The translations under genes and the position numbers were made by a program. Positions 39,141-50,634 of a DNA stretch of 64,000 nucleotides are shown here, one piece after another. Positions within the stretch are counted from its first letter, which is position 1; every line of letters begins with the position of its first letter. The notes under the pieces were generated by a model that searched no databases, was not told where the DNA came from, and worked only from the letters and a program-made list of their open reading frames with translations. Source of the stretch: Mustelus asterias. Taxonomy: Eukaryota. The DNA is taken from contig NC_135804.1 of assembly GCF_964213995.1 (NCBI RefSeq), positions 59,024,001 through 59,088,000 on the forward strand. The letters run 5' to 3'.

Positions 39141-39260
39141 GCATTGATTCCAGCTGGCTTTTTCCTTGGTGGGTCTACCTCTGTGGAGCCATAGCTTTAC
39201 TGCTTCTGATTATTGCAGTGGTGCTTTGTTGTAAATTATGTTGTTGCAAAAAACGTAAAG
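39141..39260 (+). CDS. IgSF gene exon 4: transmembrane (GIDSSWLFPWWVYLCGAIALLLLIIAVVLCCKLCCCKKRK)
   Basis: tcttgcag acceptor, AAAG|gtaagg donor, phase 1-1. Hydrophobic stretch followed by a Cys cluster and a basic stop-transfer sequence. Not in the ORF track. Confidence 0.85.
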
Positions 39261-39754
39261 GTAAGGGAACAATCTTATTCCATTAATGGTTGGACTTCTA
39301 GATTTAATATTCATCAATTGTAAAAATACAGAAATGATAATAAATTGAAAGGACATGTGAATTAACCTTATTAAGCTGCAATAACAAAACGTTAGGATGA
39401 AAAATACTAATTCACTTCTTATATAGTATTTTATGCAATTTATTTGTGAGCTCAGCAAGGTGAAATATGGTAATTTTTAGTTTGGAACACTTCCCTTCTA
39501 TGCACTAAGAACTTCCAGATTAGGTACAGCACATTTAAAGTCAGAGCAAAGTTCCTCCTACGCTCCACAGAAATATGGTACAATTCAGGGCATTGGATTT
39601 TCAATCTCCCTTGAGGAACAAGATTGGGTGTGGATGCACTTTGAAAATTGTACTCCTAGCTGGCATCTTTAAGATCCTCCCAAGTTTGTTCCAGTATTCA
39701 AAGTGAGAGTGAGGGCGGGAGAAACCGGCAGTCTGCAGGGCAGCAATTAAGATA

Positions 39755-40795
39755 ACAGGGAATAGGAGAAGGAGTAAACCTTACACCCCTTTGAGTCTGC
39801 ACCATCATTTAATATGATCGTGCCTGATCTTGGGCTTCAACTTTACTTTGTTGCCTGCTCCATATATCCCTTGATCCACTTAGAGACCAAAAATCTGCCT
39901 ATCCCAGCATTAAAGGTATTCAATGGTGGAGCAGCCTCAATCCTCTGGATTACAGAATTCCAAAGATTCATAACCCTTTGTGTGAATTAATTTCTCCTCC
40001 CTCTTATCCCGAGATTGTGTCCCAGTGTTTTACATTCCCCAACCAGTAGAAACAATCTCGAAGCATCTACCCTAACAAGCCCCTTCAGCTTTTGTATATT
40101 TCAATGTGTCATCTCTTACTCTTCCATACTTCAGAGAAGATAGGCCTAAATCACCCAACCCCTTAGTATAATCCTTCATTTTCAGGGACCAATTTAGTGA
40201 ACATTCGCTGTAGCGTCTTCAATTCTTCCTAAAATGGAGATCAAAACTGCTGACTACCCTTGATAAGCCTTGCCTCTCCAAGTGGCGATTAATTCTGTCC
40301 TTTGGTTTTTTTTCAATTATTTCCCTGCCACTGATTTTAGAGACACTGCCCTGTGATTACCTGTTTTTTTCCCCCTATTTCGTTTCTTGAATAATGCTAC
40401 CCCACGGGCTGTCCTCCTGTACTATGGCATCTCTCCTGCGGCCAGAGAGGATCTGAAAATTCGCCATGGAGCCTGTGCAATCGCCTCCCTTGCCTCACAA
40501 GTAGCCTAGCATACATCTCATCTGGGCCTGGGGATTTATCCATTTTAAGTCCGCTACCACCTCCTCCCTCTCATTGCTAATCTGTTCAATTATATCACAG
40601 TCCCCTTCCCTGCTTTCTAAACGTACAATGTCCTTCTCCATACTGAACACCGATGCAAAATACTAATTTAGTACCTCACCTACATCTTTTGGGTCCATAC
40701 ACATATTACCACTTTGGGCCCTACATTTTCCCTGGTTACCCTCTTGCTCTTAATATACTTATAAAACACTTTGGAATTTTTGTTTAATTTGTCCT
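39755..40795 (-). mobile_element. CR1 LINE fragments
   Basis: 3'-end fragment followed by an upstream-RT fragment (NSKVFYKYIKSKRVTRENVGP). Confidence 0.7.
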
Positions 40796-40799
40796 TTAT

Positions 40800-41735
40800 T
40801 TTGTTAGAGTTGCACCTATCCAGGTAAGGGGAGACTATTCTATCAGACTCCTGACTTGTGCCATGTAGATTATGGACAGACTTTGTGGAGTCAAGAGGTG
40901 AATTATTCACTGCAGGATCTGTTGATTGTGCAATTACTTAGCTCTATCTATCACTTGCTGTTTATGCTGTTTGGCACGGATGTAGTCCTGTATTGTAGCA
41001 CGGATGTAGTCCTGTGTTGTAGCTTCACCACATTGGAAGGTTATTTTAAGGTATGCCTGGTGTTGCTCCTGGCATGTCCCCCTGCACTCTTCATTGAACC
41101 AAGGTTGATCCCCTGGCTTGGTGGTAATGGTAGAATTGGGGATATGCCGGGCAATGAAGTCACTGATTGTGTTTGAGTACAATTCTGCTGCTGCTGATGG
41201 CCCATGGTTGCCTGGTCTTGAGATGCTAGATCCGTTCAAAATTTATCCCATTTAGCATGGTGGTAGAGCCACACAATACAAGGAGGTTATCCTTAATGTG
41301 AAGATTCAACTATGTCTCCAAAAGAACAATACAGCTGGTCATCCCTACTGCTCCTTTAAGTCCGCTACCACCTCCTCCCTCTCATTGCTAATCTGTGGCA
41401 GGTAGGTTGGTGAGGATGAGGTTAAGTACATTTTTCCTTCTTAGTTCACTCTCCACCTGCTACAGACTCAGTCTAATAGCTGTGTCCTTTAGGACTCAAC
41501 CAGCCTGATAAGTAGCAGTGCTACCAAGTCATTCTTGGTGTTTGATATTAAAGTCCCCCACGAAGAGTACCGTCTGAACCCTTTCCACCTTCTGTGCTTC
41601 CTCCAAGTTGTATTTAACATGGAGAAGTATGGATTTATCAGCTGAAGGGATGCGGTATGTGATAATCGGCAGTAGGTTTCCTTGTCCAGGTTTTTCCTGA
41701 TGCTATGAGTCTTCATAGACTTCAAGATGTGCTTG
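40800..41735 (-). mobile_element. Non-LTR fragments of the 20695-22065 family
   Basis: HIPNSTITTKPGDQPWFNEECR and endonuclease-region remnants, homologous to 52290-54650. Confidence 0.7.
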
Positions 41736-43619
41736 CTAACTTCCTGCATTCCTTTGACGAGCACAGCCAAGTCTCTCAAAAAAATACTTACACGTTTTTT
41801 ACCTTTCAGAAGGTATCCTGCTTTTCTGTTCTTACGACCAAACTTCTCCACATATACTCCATCTGCCATCTTTTGCCCACTTACTCTATATCTTTGCAGC
41901 CTCCATTGATTACCTTTCCACCCTGCTTCAAATGATTAGCAAATTTAGATACATTACTCTGTGTCTTCATCTAAGAGATTTTAAAGGCATCTAGAGGTAT
42001 GGGGAGAGTGCTGGGTGTATGGTGTTGTGATAGAGGATCAGCCATGATCATGTTGAATGGTGGAGCGGGCTGAATGGCCTACTCCTGCTCCTGCTTTCTA
42101 TGTTTGCTATGACCAATCTTAAAGTCCTATCTCTAAATGCAGTCTTCTCTTTTTTCTAGTCTGCAACACCTCTCCACCTTGTGTCATCTCTCTTTATCTT
42201 AAAAATATCACAATGGTCATTTATCTATTGAATTTTCCACTCTTATTTTAACAAGGTTCCAAATAAGTCATCATACACATTGTACCACCTCCTATAATCC
42301 CACTTTATTGAAACAAAGACTCATGACAGCCACTAATTGCAAAACCCCCTATATCTGTCAGTCCCCACTTCCTCTAAAAATCTGTAGGTAACTGGAAGCC
42401 AAGCTTGTCATTTGCTGATTACTACTTCCTGAATTACACATTTTTCCCTTCTGCTCTCTTCAAACTCAGCCCTGGTCTGTAATTTAGTTTCCTCAATTTG
42501 TAAAGAAGTCTGTCTAGTCTCAGAATATAGTTATGAATTATATTTTATATTTTTCCATATTTGAAACAAAAATTGCTTTGTGAGCATTTGTCTAAAGTGA
42601 GCAAAAATGGAAAACAGATCCCAAGGTTGTCCATCACTGCAGCTGTAAATTCATTTCTGTCAGCATCTGGTCACATCACAAATATCAGATGTTCCACATG
42701 TCTTTGGCCAATAGCCTCAAAAGTCTCAATTTTATTCAGAAGAGCTGATTCCGTGTTTAAGTATGATTTTTGCATTTTTTTCTTTTGATTCTGTTACAAC
42801 TTCCAGGACTTCATTTTGGAGTTATGGTTGTTGCTAATGAAGCAATTATGGTATGTTCTCAGTGAATAGGATTAATGTTCTGTTACATTTTGGCAATGTA
42901 TTGTTAAAGTCTTAAACTAAGTGCTACTGGATTAAGTTGAAGGGGGAGGGAGAAATTTCTGTATGTTTTCTCCCATGTGTAGCTGTAGCATGCATTGCAT
43001 TACCATGGAAATGCTGGTTAAAAAGGCGTTTGCAAAGTTTTGCCAGGGTTGCCACTACTCTTCTGCTGAAGTTACAGTGGGTGAGTGAGAGAACATTTTG
43101 TTACTTTCATGCTTTTCAAACTGGGAGGTCATTCTCCTTGGTCTTCTTGATGAGATTAGCTGGCAAGTTCTCAATGAACTAGCACAGGAAGACCACATGT
43201 AGATAGTCATCATGATGTCCCTGGTGTTGATTTTCCTCATGGGGATCAAGTGACTGCACTGGGCATAGATGATCCAGCTACCTGCTTTGAAAGTGGACCA
43301 GGAGGTTGACCCAAAGTGCAATTGTGTCCATGCATCACAGCATATGGAACACGAGTCATCAACCTTCCCACTGAGGTATGTTCACCATCTGACATCTCAG
43401 GAGGCCATCAAATAGATAATCAAATTAGACATCACATGTCAAACCTATCCTATCACACAAAAGTAGCAGTTCTAGTGGTGAACCTCAGGGGAGTTAACTC
43501 CATTATCCTTGATTCAAATTTATGGAAATTTTATTGCTTTAAAATACATTAGAAGCAAAAAGTACAAACTTTTAAATAATAGGTTATTTTAAATACACAA
43601 AACATTACTTTTCTAAAAT

Positions 43620-44315
43620 TTTTCCATGGGATGTAACCATCACTGGCAAGATCAGTATTTCTTGTTCATCTGCTGTTGAGAAGTGGTTGTGGGTTGCCTT
43701 CTTGTACCACTGCAGTCCATCTGTTGTAGGTACACCCACATTGCTGTTAAGAAAAGAATTCCAGGATTTTGACCCAGTGACAGCAATGTAGTTACACGTC
43801 AGGATGGTGTGTAGCTTGGAGGAGAACTCCCTGTTGGTGATATTCATGCCCTTGTCCTTAGAAATTGTAGAAGTTGCAAGTTTGGAAGGTGCTTGCTGTC
43901 GAGCTTCTGCAGTGCATCTTCTAAATGGTACACACTGCTGTCAGTGTGTGTCAGTACAGGAGGGGGTTACTGTTTAAGGTGTTGGATGGCAACCGATCAA
44001 GTGGAATTATTTGTCCTGGATGATAAGCTTCACACTCCTGTCTTGAGCCTTGTAAATGCTGAACAGGCTTTGAGGAGATAGGAGGTGAGTTACTTGTCAC
44101 AGATTTCCTCACCTCTGGTCTGCTACTTGCAGTGACAGTATTTATAGTGCTGGTCCAGTTCAGTTTCTCATCAATCGTAACCCCCAGGATGGTGGGGCAT
44201 CCAGAAATGTTAATGCTGAAATGTTGAATGTCAAAGGGACATGGTTATATTCTTTCTTGTAATGGTCATTGTCTGGCATCAATGTTACTTGCCACTTATT
44301 TGCCCAAGTCTGAAT
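43620..44315 (-). mobile_element. Non-LTR 3' fragment of the 20695-22065 family (old)
   Basis: Clear nucleotide similarity to 20700-21480. Confidence 0.7.
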
Positions 44316-44880
44316 GTAAAATAAAAATGCCCCTCCCTTTTATAGCCTAAGTATTGATATCTGGTTTGTAGACTAAGGTACTCATTGGCCAGATTTTCTG
44401 ATTTACAATATACTGTATCAGACTATTGTGGTTTTATGGCATTTCTCCTGCAACATTATTTCAATTTCATATTCTGCATCAAATAGGCTTCATTGTAATG
44501 GGTGATTCCCTAATGTATAGCTTTATAACAATCCAGTTTTCACATGTTGTACCATGATTATGTAGAAAGAGACTTGAGCCTCAAGCAACATCACTAAAAG
44601 AGATAAACTGATCATTATCTCATTGCTGCTCAGGGGGCAATGCTGTTGGCAAATTGACTGTTTCTTATGATACAATTCACAATATATTTGTGTGGAATGC
44701 TTTGGGATGTTATGAAAAGTATTACATAAACATGATGACTTCTTCTGAAACAATGGATTAACTCAATAATTTAACAAGTGGAAACTTCCTGGTCAATGTT
44801 GTTCAGATAATAAAGTTGCTGACTCATCAGCGGTGTCCAGCATTTTCTGTCTCTTAGTTTCCATGTTGTTTTTCTCACAG

Positions 44881-45059
44881 CTCGTGAAGGCAACATTCAA
44901 ATGAGGCGTTGTGTTCGCTGCTCTGAGCCAGTAACGAAAAATCCTAAATGCGATGAACAAGGAGTAAACAAAGACAATACTCAGACACCACAGAGGAACA
45001 TGAGCAAAGTCGAAAAAGCTAATGAAACCCCACCGAAGCGCAAGAAACACCATAAATGA
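44881..45059 (+). CDS. IgSF gene exon 5: cytoplasmic tail (AREGNIQMRRCVRCSEP...ETPPKRKKHHK*)
   Basis: Strong pyrimidine tract with ctcacag acceptor, phase 1, open for 59 codons to TGA. AATAAA downstream at 45477. The five-exon CDS totals 957 nt (318 aa). Confidence 0.7.
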
Positions 45060-46119
45060 GATCGGTACCCCACATGTGCCTGATGGTGGGAAAACAAATC
45101 TGAAGAGTATTTTGTAACAATCATAGGTTGTCTATAAAGAATACCATCATTACATACTTCATAAGTGAGTCAACCAGAGAATTCCAACAAGACTTAGCAT
45201 CATAAAATTATTGCATTTAACTGTATTTGTTAACTCACTAAATCATTATTTCTGTGAATTAATATTTCTGAATCAATAATATGCTTATCTGAGTGCTTTT
45301 GACAGTTCTGGCAGGGTCATTGGAAGGATGTTCATATTTCACTGAGGATTGTTGTGAGTGAATTAATTTCTGAAGGATTCTCATAGTAGGAAAATGTGAT
45401 ATGCACAAATTTAACTCAATTCCAGTCCTCCAGCCACTCTGTGGAATTTTTGCATCTGTTCACTTATAGTTTATAAAATAAATTGCCCCATTCATATACC
45501 TACGGAATTTGAGTTCACCATTGACAGCCAGTTTATATATATATAAAACATTTTATTCTCCATTTGTACCCTTTCATGGAATTCAAGGCCATATTTGCAC
45601 CTCATTGGGGTAATTTGGATTTTGTGTGCTAGTATAAAATGGCTGATAGGGAGTCGGCACCTTATTTTACATCTCCTCCAATTTATGTTTACCCCTCCCC
45701 CCTCCACCCCCTCCCCACTATACAGAATTTTGGTGTCCACTTCCATCTAATATATTAAATTGTATTGACTCCTTACTTAAGTGCTGTTTCAGGTACTGTA
45801 CATTTCATAACATTTCAGGGCTCTCGTCACATACACTATGTAACATTTTTATTTACTTTTTACAGTTAGTGGACTGAATTTGCATTCCCATTCATACTAT
45901 GCATACAGAATAATAATACTCATTCAAATCCAGTGTCCATAGTTCTGTATCATTTATTGCTAGTTTGCAGGACACCCATTTATATCTAATTTCCATTATA
46001 ATTATCAATACTTCACCATATTATACATTTAATTACATTCTAAATTTACAATATACAAGTGCTTATATTGTTATGCAAATCAAGTTATGAAAGTATACTA
46101 ACTTAAAAGTATTGGCAGT

Positions 46120-46820
46120 TGAGGGAGAGCTAAGTAAATTTTAAAATAGCAAGAGGCCTAGTTGGTGTAAATAGAGGCAACATATTTACTTTAGCATAGG
46201 GATCAAAAGCCACCTTCTGGCTAAGATCAAGTGTAGTATTGGCAGTCCTGCACTTGATAGAAGTCAATGAGGTTACACTGAGGCTTCATTTGAAGCAATT
46301 TTTTAAAATGGCATCTCGGCCTTTTGGCTAAGATGCAAATAAAATCAAGCACTGGAGGGGGTGCAATGCCTGCTCCTATCAGCTTGGATCATGTAGATCA
46401 AGCCCAAGATAGGAAGAGGCTTGCCTGTCTTGTCAGCTTGGATCTGTAATGTCTCACTGGTTGAGACTTTGAATTGGACTTTGATTAGATTTGATTGGAT
46501 ATAGCTAAAGAAAAAAGGATCAAAAACCAGGGAGCATGGATTTAAAGTAATTGGTAGAAAGATTAGGAGGGAGATCAGGAAATATTTTTTAACCCGGAGA
46601 GTGCTAGGGGTGTGACAATCACTGCCTGAAAGGGTGATAGAGGCAAAAACTAACACCACATTTAAAAATTAGTTGAATGTCTACTTGAAGAGATGTGACC
46701 TGCAGGGATACAGGACAAATGCAGGAAGGTGGGATTAGGGTAAGTATCTCTTCATTGACTGACACAGGCAAAATGGGCCGAATGACCTCCTTCTGAGCTG
46801 TACATTTTCTGTGATTCTAT
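46120..46820 (+). mobile_element. CR1 3' fragment hosting the U2-derived insert
   Basis: Decayed CR1 C-terminus (GHGFKVIGRKIRREIRKYFLTRRV) and a ttctgtgattctat tail, split at 46213-46516. Confidence 0.7.
46213..46516 (+). mobile_element. U2 snRNA-headed SINE-like retroposon
   Basis: U2 nt 13-39 (1 mismatch) at 46213-46239 and U2 nt 7-27 (exact) at 46314-46334. A-rich tail. 13-bp TSD GGATCAAAA(G/A)CCA at 46200-46212 and 46517-46529. Confidence 0.78.
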
Positions 46821-47204
46821 TTTGTTAATTTCATATTTCAGTGACTATCAGTAGTAAGTTATTTATACTGTTATCCTGCACTATATATCATTTGTTATAA
46901 AGGATTGTGTTGTATATACACCTGTCTGATACTGTTATGATAATTGAGCTAAGATATAATAAAAATACAACTAACTCCTTTGTTTTAAAAATGTACAAAT
47001 GGTGAAGTACAGTACAAGAGGTGACACTAGTTTATTGATTGCATTAAATATCCCTCAGAGGCTTTTGCTACTACTTATTTTGGAATATTGGCCTGATACT
47101 AAGAGTCAATGAATAACTTATCAACCTATAATTTATACAAAAAGAAAAGCCACCTTCAAATTTGAAACATGCCTGATGAAAATCTATATTAAGCACTATT
47201 TTTG

Positions 47205-47622
47205 GTCGGCTGGATTTTCTAACTCTTCCTGCTGGTGGGATCTTCTGGTTCCATTGAAGGCGAACCCCCCACGGCAGGTCCCCCGGCAACAGGAAGGGGG
47301 AGCCACGCAAAACGGTGTAGCAATCAGAAGGACTGGACAATCCCACTGGCGGCCAATGGTGACTCATCTCTGCCACTGGAAAACACGATGCGGAGATGCC
47401 GGCGTTGGACTGGGGTAAACACAGTAAGAAGTTTAACAACATCAGGTTAAAGTCCAACAGGTTTATTTGGTAGCAAATGCCACACCTTTTGCTACCAAAT
47501 GTGGCTTTTGCTACCAAATAAACCTGTTGGACTTTAACCTAGTGTTGTTAAACTTCTTACTGGAAAACACGCCTGGTGGGGCTGGGGTGGGGGCACGGGG
47601 GGGGGGGTGAAAAATCCTACCT
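47205..47622. mobile_element. Short Harbinger-type MITE
   Basis: Termini GGCTGGATTTTC and GAAAATCCTACC. Contains a nested fold-back insert. Confidence 0.55.
47388..47558. mobile_element. Fold-back Penelope-like insertion nested in a MITE
   Basis: Same family as 1928-2123. 13-bp TSD ACTGGAAAACACG at 47375-47387 and 47559-47571. Confidence 0.72.
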
Positions 47623-47948
47623 GCTATTTCTATTTTATCTCTTGCCATAGTAAGTAAAGTAGGAAGTTAATGCCAGGCATATCTGTTACCTTATCTACTG
47701 AGTGTCATCACAGTTGATGTAGACAGCCATGCACTTTTTAAAATGCAATCAGTTTGTATTTTAACCCTGGTCAGAATTCTCAAATATATCGTATGCCTCG
47801 CCATCGCTGCCAGTGAGAGTGGAGAATTTGGTGCTCAGTCAAATCTCCATTAGCTGAAGCGGAATGGGAGAATTCCAGTCCCGAGCGAGGTCAGAGAATT
47901 TGTTTTTGTAACCAATCTGGAACCTGAAAATGCTGAAATAAATTGTAG

Positions 47949-48122
47949 TAAGAAGTCTCACAACACCAGGTTAAAGTCCAACAGGTTTATTTGGTAGCAA
48001 AAGCCACTAGCCTTTCGAAAGCTAGTGGCTTTTGCTACCAAATAAACCTGTTGGACTTTAACCTGGTGTTGTGAGACTTCTTACTGTGTTTACCCCAGTC
48101 CAACGTTGGCATCTCCACATCA
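47949..48122. mobile_element. Near-perfect fold-back Penelope-like insertion
   Basis: ~68-bp arms (47947-48085) centred on TTTCGAAA. 14-bp TSD GA(A/G)ATAAATTGTAG at 47935-47948 and 48123-48136. Confidence 0.75.
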
Positions 48123-48241
48123 GAGATAAATTGTAGGCAGTGATAGCTAATAGAGCACAAACAAATGATTGAGCTTGGGAGATTCCTTTGCTCCCTGGGT
48201 TCCCAACACACTATTTGATTTTCAACTCAGTTAGATACATT

Positions 48242-50394
48242 GGCCGGGATTCTCCCAAAAGAATTCTGGGCATGATTCTCCCAGCCCGCTGTGCTGCTTT
48301 AGCACAACAGGCCAGGAAACATCAGTGGAGGCCCTTTCATGAGCTTCCCACTCGGGACCATGACCTCCGTGTGTCTCCCGCTCCAAGTTTTTTTCGAGTA
48401 ATCTGTTCCGTGCTGGAAATTGGTGCAGAGCTGATTTTAATATTTAACTTAATATTTACATTCGATTAGTGGGCTTGGGACTGATGTCTCCGGGCCTGCC
48501 AGCGTCTCATCTTCCACCAGGAGTGGTTCACTCCAGCAGAGTTTACAACTGCTCCCCCACTAATGTAGAACAGGCAGCTGATTCCACTGGAATGAAGAGA
48601 GGCCATTGAGGCCTCCCCAGAAGGTTTGGAGTAGAGGGGGTGTGCCCCTTGGGCAGTGCCAGTCTGGCACACTTATACAGCCCAAGAGGAAAACTGACAA
48701 TGCCCAAGGGGCACCTTGGCACTGCCCCCCAGGCATTGGGGAGTGCCAAGGGGGTGGGGACAGAGGAGGTGGGGCTTATAGGGACGATTGGTGGGGATGA
48801 GGGGGTCCCGCGCCACTTTGCATTTGGGATCAGTAGCAGAGGGGAGGAGGACGGTGATCTGGGCTGACCATCCTGATGGGGGTTGGGGCTGCCGGGGCGG
48901 TTGGGCCTGGCTGGGGTGTTGGGACTGCCAGGGGGATGGGAAGATCAGGGCTGGCGAGGAGTTGGGGAAATCGGGGCAGGCTGGTGGGGGGGTGGGGAGA
49001 CTTGGGCTGGCCCGGAGAGGTCCGGGAGGCTAGCAATTGGGGATTGGGGCTTCAAAAAGGCCAGTGATGGGGGGGGGGGGGGGGGGGCGGGTTGCGGGGC
49101 TGGCCAGCGATCAAGAGGCTGGAAATGCGGAGCTACTGTGCATACGCCAACCTCTGCTCTGATAGATCGGCGCTTGCGCAGTGGCCTGCTCAGCGCTATG
49201 CTGCCGGCCTCTCCAATGGGAATAGGCCCCGCCCCTTGCTTTTCAGAGGGAATCCCGCTTAGGGCACTCTGCACTGCTCAGTGTCGGAGATTCAACTGCA
49301 AAATCTTGCTTTAAAAAAAATTGGAATTGGTTTAAAAACTTCGAATTATTTTGGGTGAATCCCGATCTCTAAGTCCCCTTGTGCGTGAGAACGGGAGTAA
49401 CTGCCACTGGTTTTTTAGCGGGATTTTCAGGTTGAATCTCCGACACTCGGCGCATCAAAGAATGCCCAGCGTGATTCACTCTGAAAATCTGTGGGCAGGG
49501 CCTATTCCCGCCTGAGAGCCCAATAGCATGGCGCTGAGTGGGCCACTGTGCATGTAACGATCTGTCAGTGTGGAGATTGGCCCATGCGCAGTAACCCCAC
49601 ATTGCCAGCCTCTTGATTGCTGGCCAGCCCAATTGCTGGCTGGCCCCACAACCCCCATCGCTGGCCTTCTGATTCCCCCCCCTTCCCCAATCGCTGACCT
49701 CACGGACCTCCTTGGGCAAGCTCCAATGTCCTCACTCCCTGCCCCCACCAGCAGCTCTTACCCCACCCCGGCAGACCTGACCTTCTGGCAGCCCCAACTT
49801 ATCCCCCCACCTGGATTGCCAGCCCCGATCACCATCCTCCCTCACTCTGCCACGAGCCCCAAGTGCAGAGTGGCAGTGGGACACCCCACCCCCACCAATC
49901 GCACCCAATTTGCCCTGCCCACCCAATAGGCACCACCTCCTTGGCACCACCCCATTGGTACTGCCTGATGGGCAGTGCTAAGGTGCCCTTGTGCAGTGCC
50001 AGGAGGCCAGGCTGGCACTGCTCAGGGGGCACCCCCTTACCCATACTTCCTGATGGGATCTCAATGGCTGCTCTTCACTTCAGTGGGGTCAGCCGTCTGT
50101 TCCCTGTGGGGAGCAGTAGTAAAACTCGCTGGAGTGAACCACTCCTGGCAAGAGATGACTGAGATGCTAGTTGTCCCAGAGACCTCAGACCGGGGCCTGC
50201 TAATGACATTCAAATCGTGAATATAATATTGAAATCAGCTCTGCACCAATTTCCGGTGTGGAGCTGATGATGCTGAAAGATTTTGCTAGCGGAGGCCTGG
50301 GCGCCCAGCGGGAAGCCCATGAAGCGGCAGCTGCTGATGTCTCCCGGCCCGCTGCACTGCTAGACCAGCAGAGCGGGCTGGAAGAATCGCCCCC
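48242..50394 (+). mobile_element. Harbinger-type MITE with an inverted same-family MITE nested at 48268-49367
   Basis: Outer TIRs GGCCGGGATTCTCCC and GGAAGAATCGCCCCC with 3-bp TSD ATT. The inner element is flanked by 3-bp TSD TCT. Confidence 0.78.
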
Positions 50395-50634
50395 ATTGTT
50401 GCAAATCAGGACCAGAGAGCAGGATTTTCAGATGGTGAAGCTTCCTGTCCTGCCACCCAAAGCATTAGCTGGGAATGCACCCTGCTGATACAGGCTGGCT
50501 TGCAGCCGCTTAGAGCTCCAAGGGGCATTATTTCACTGGAGATGGGACTTCTACCCCTCACTCAGAAGGAAGTGCCATGGCTGCCAGCTCTAGTCCCAGC
50601 AGCGCCAGTAGCAGTAGTAGCCAGACTGGAATCC

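Noticed and set aside
46213-46334. Functional U2 snRNA gene
   Set aside because: Only 5' fragments are present. There is no Sm site or 3' stem-loops, and it is embedded in a LINE with a TSD.
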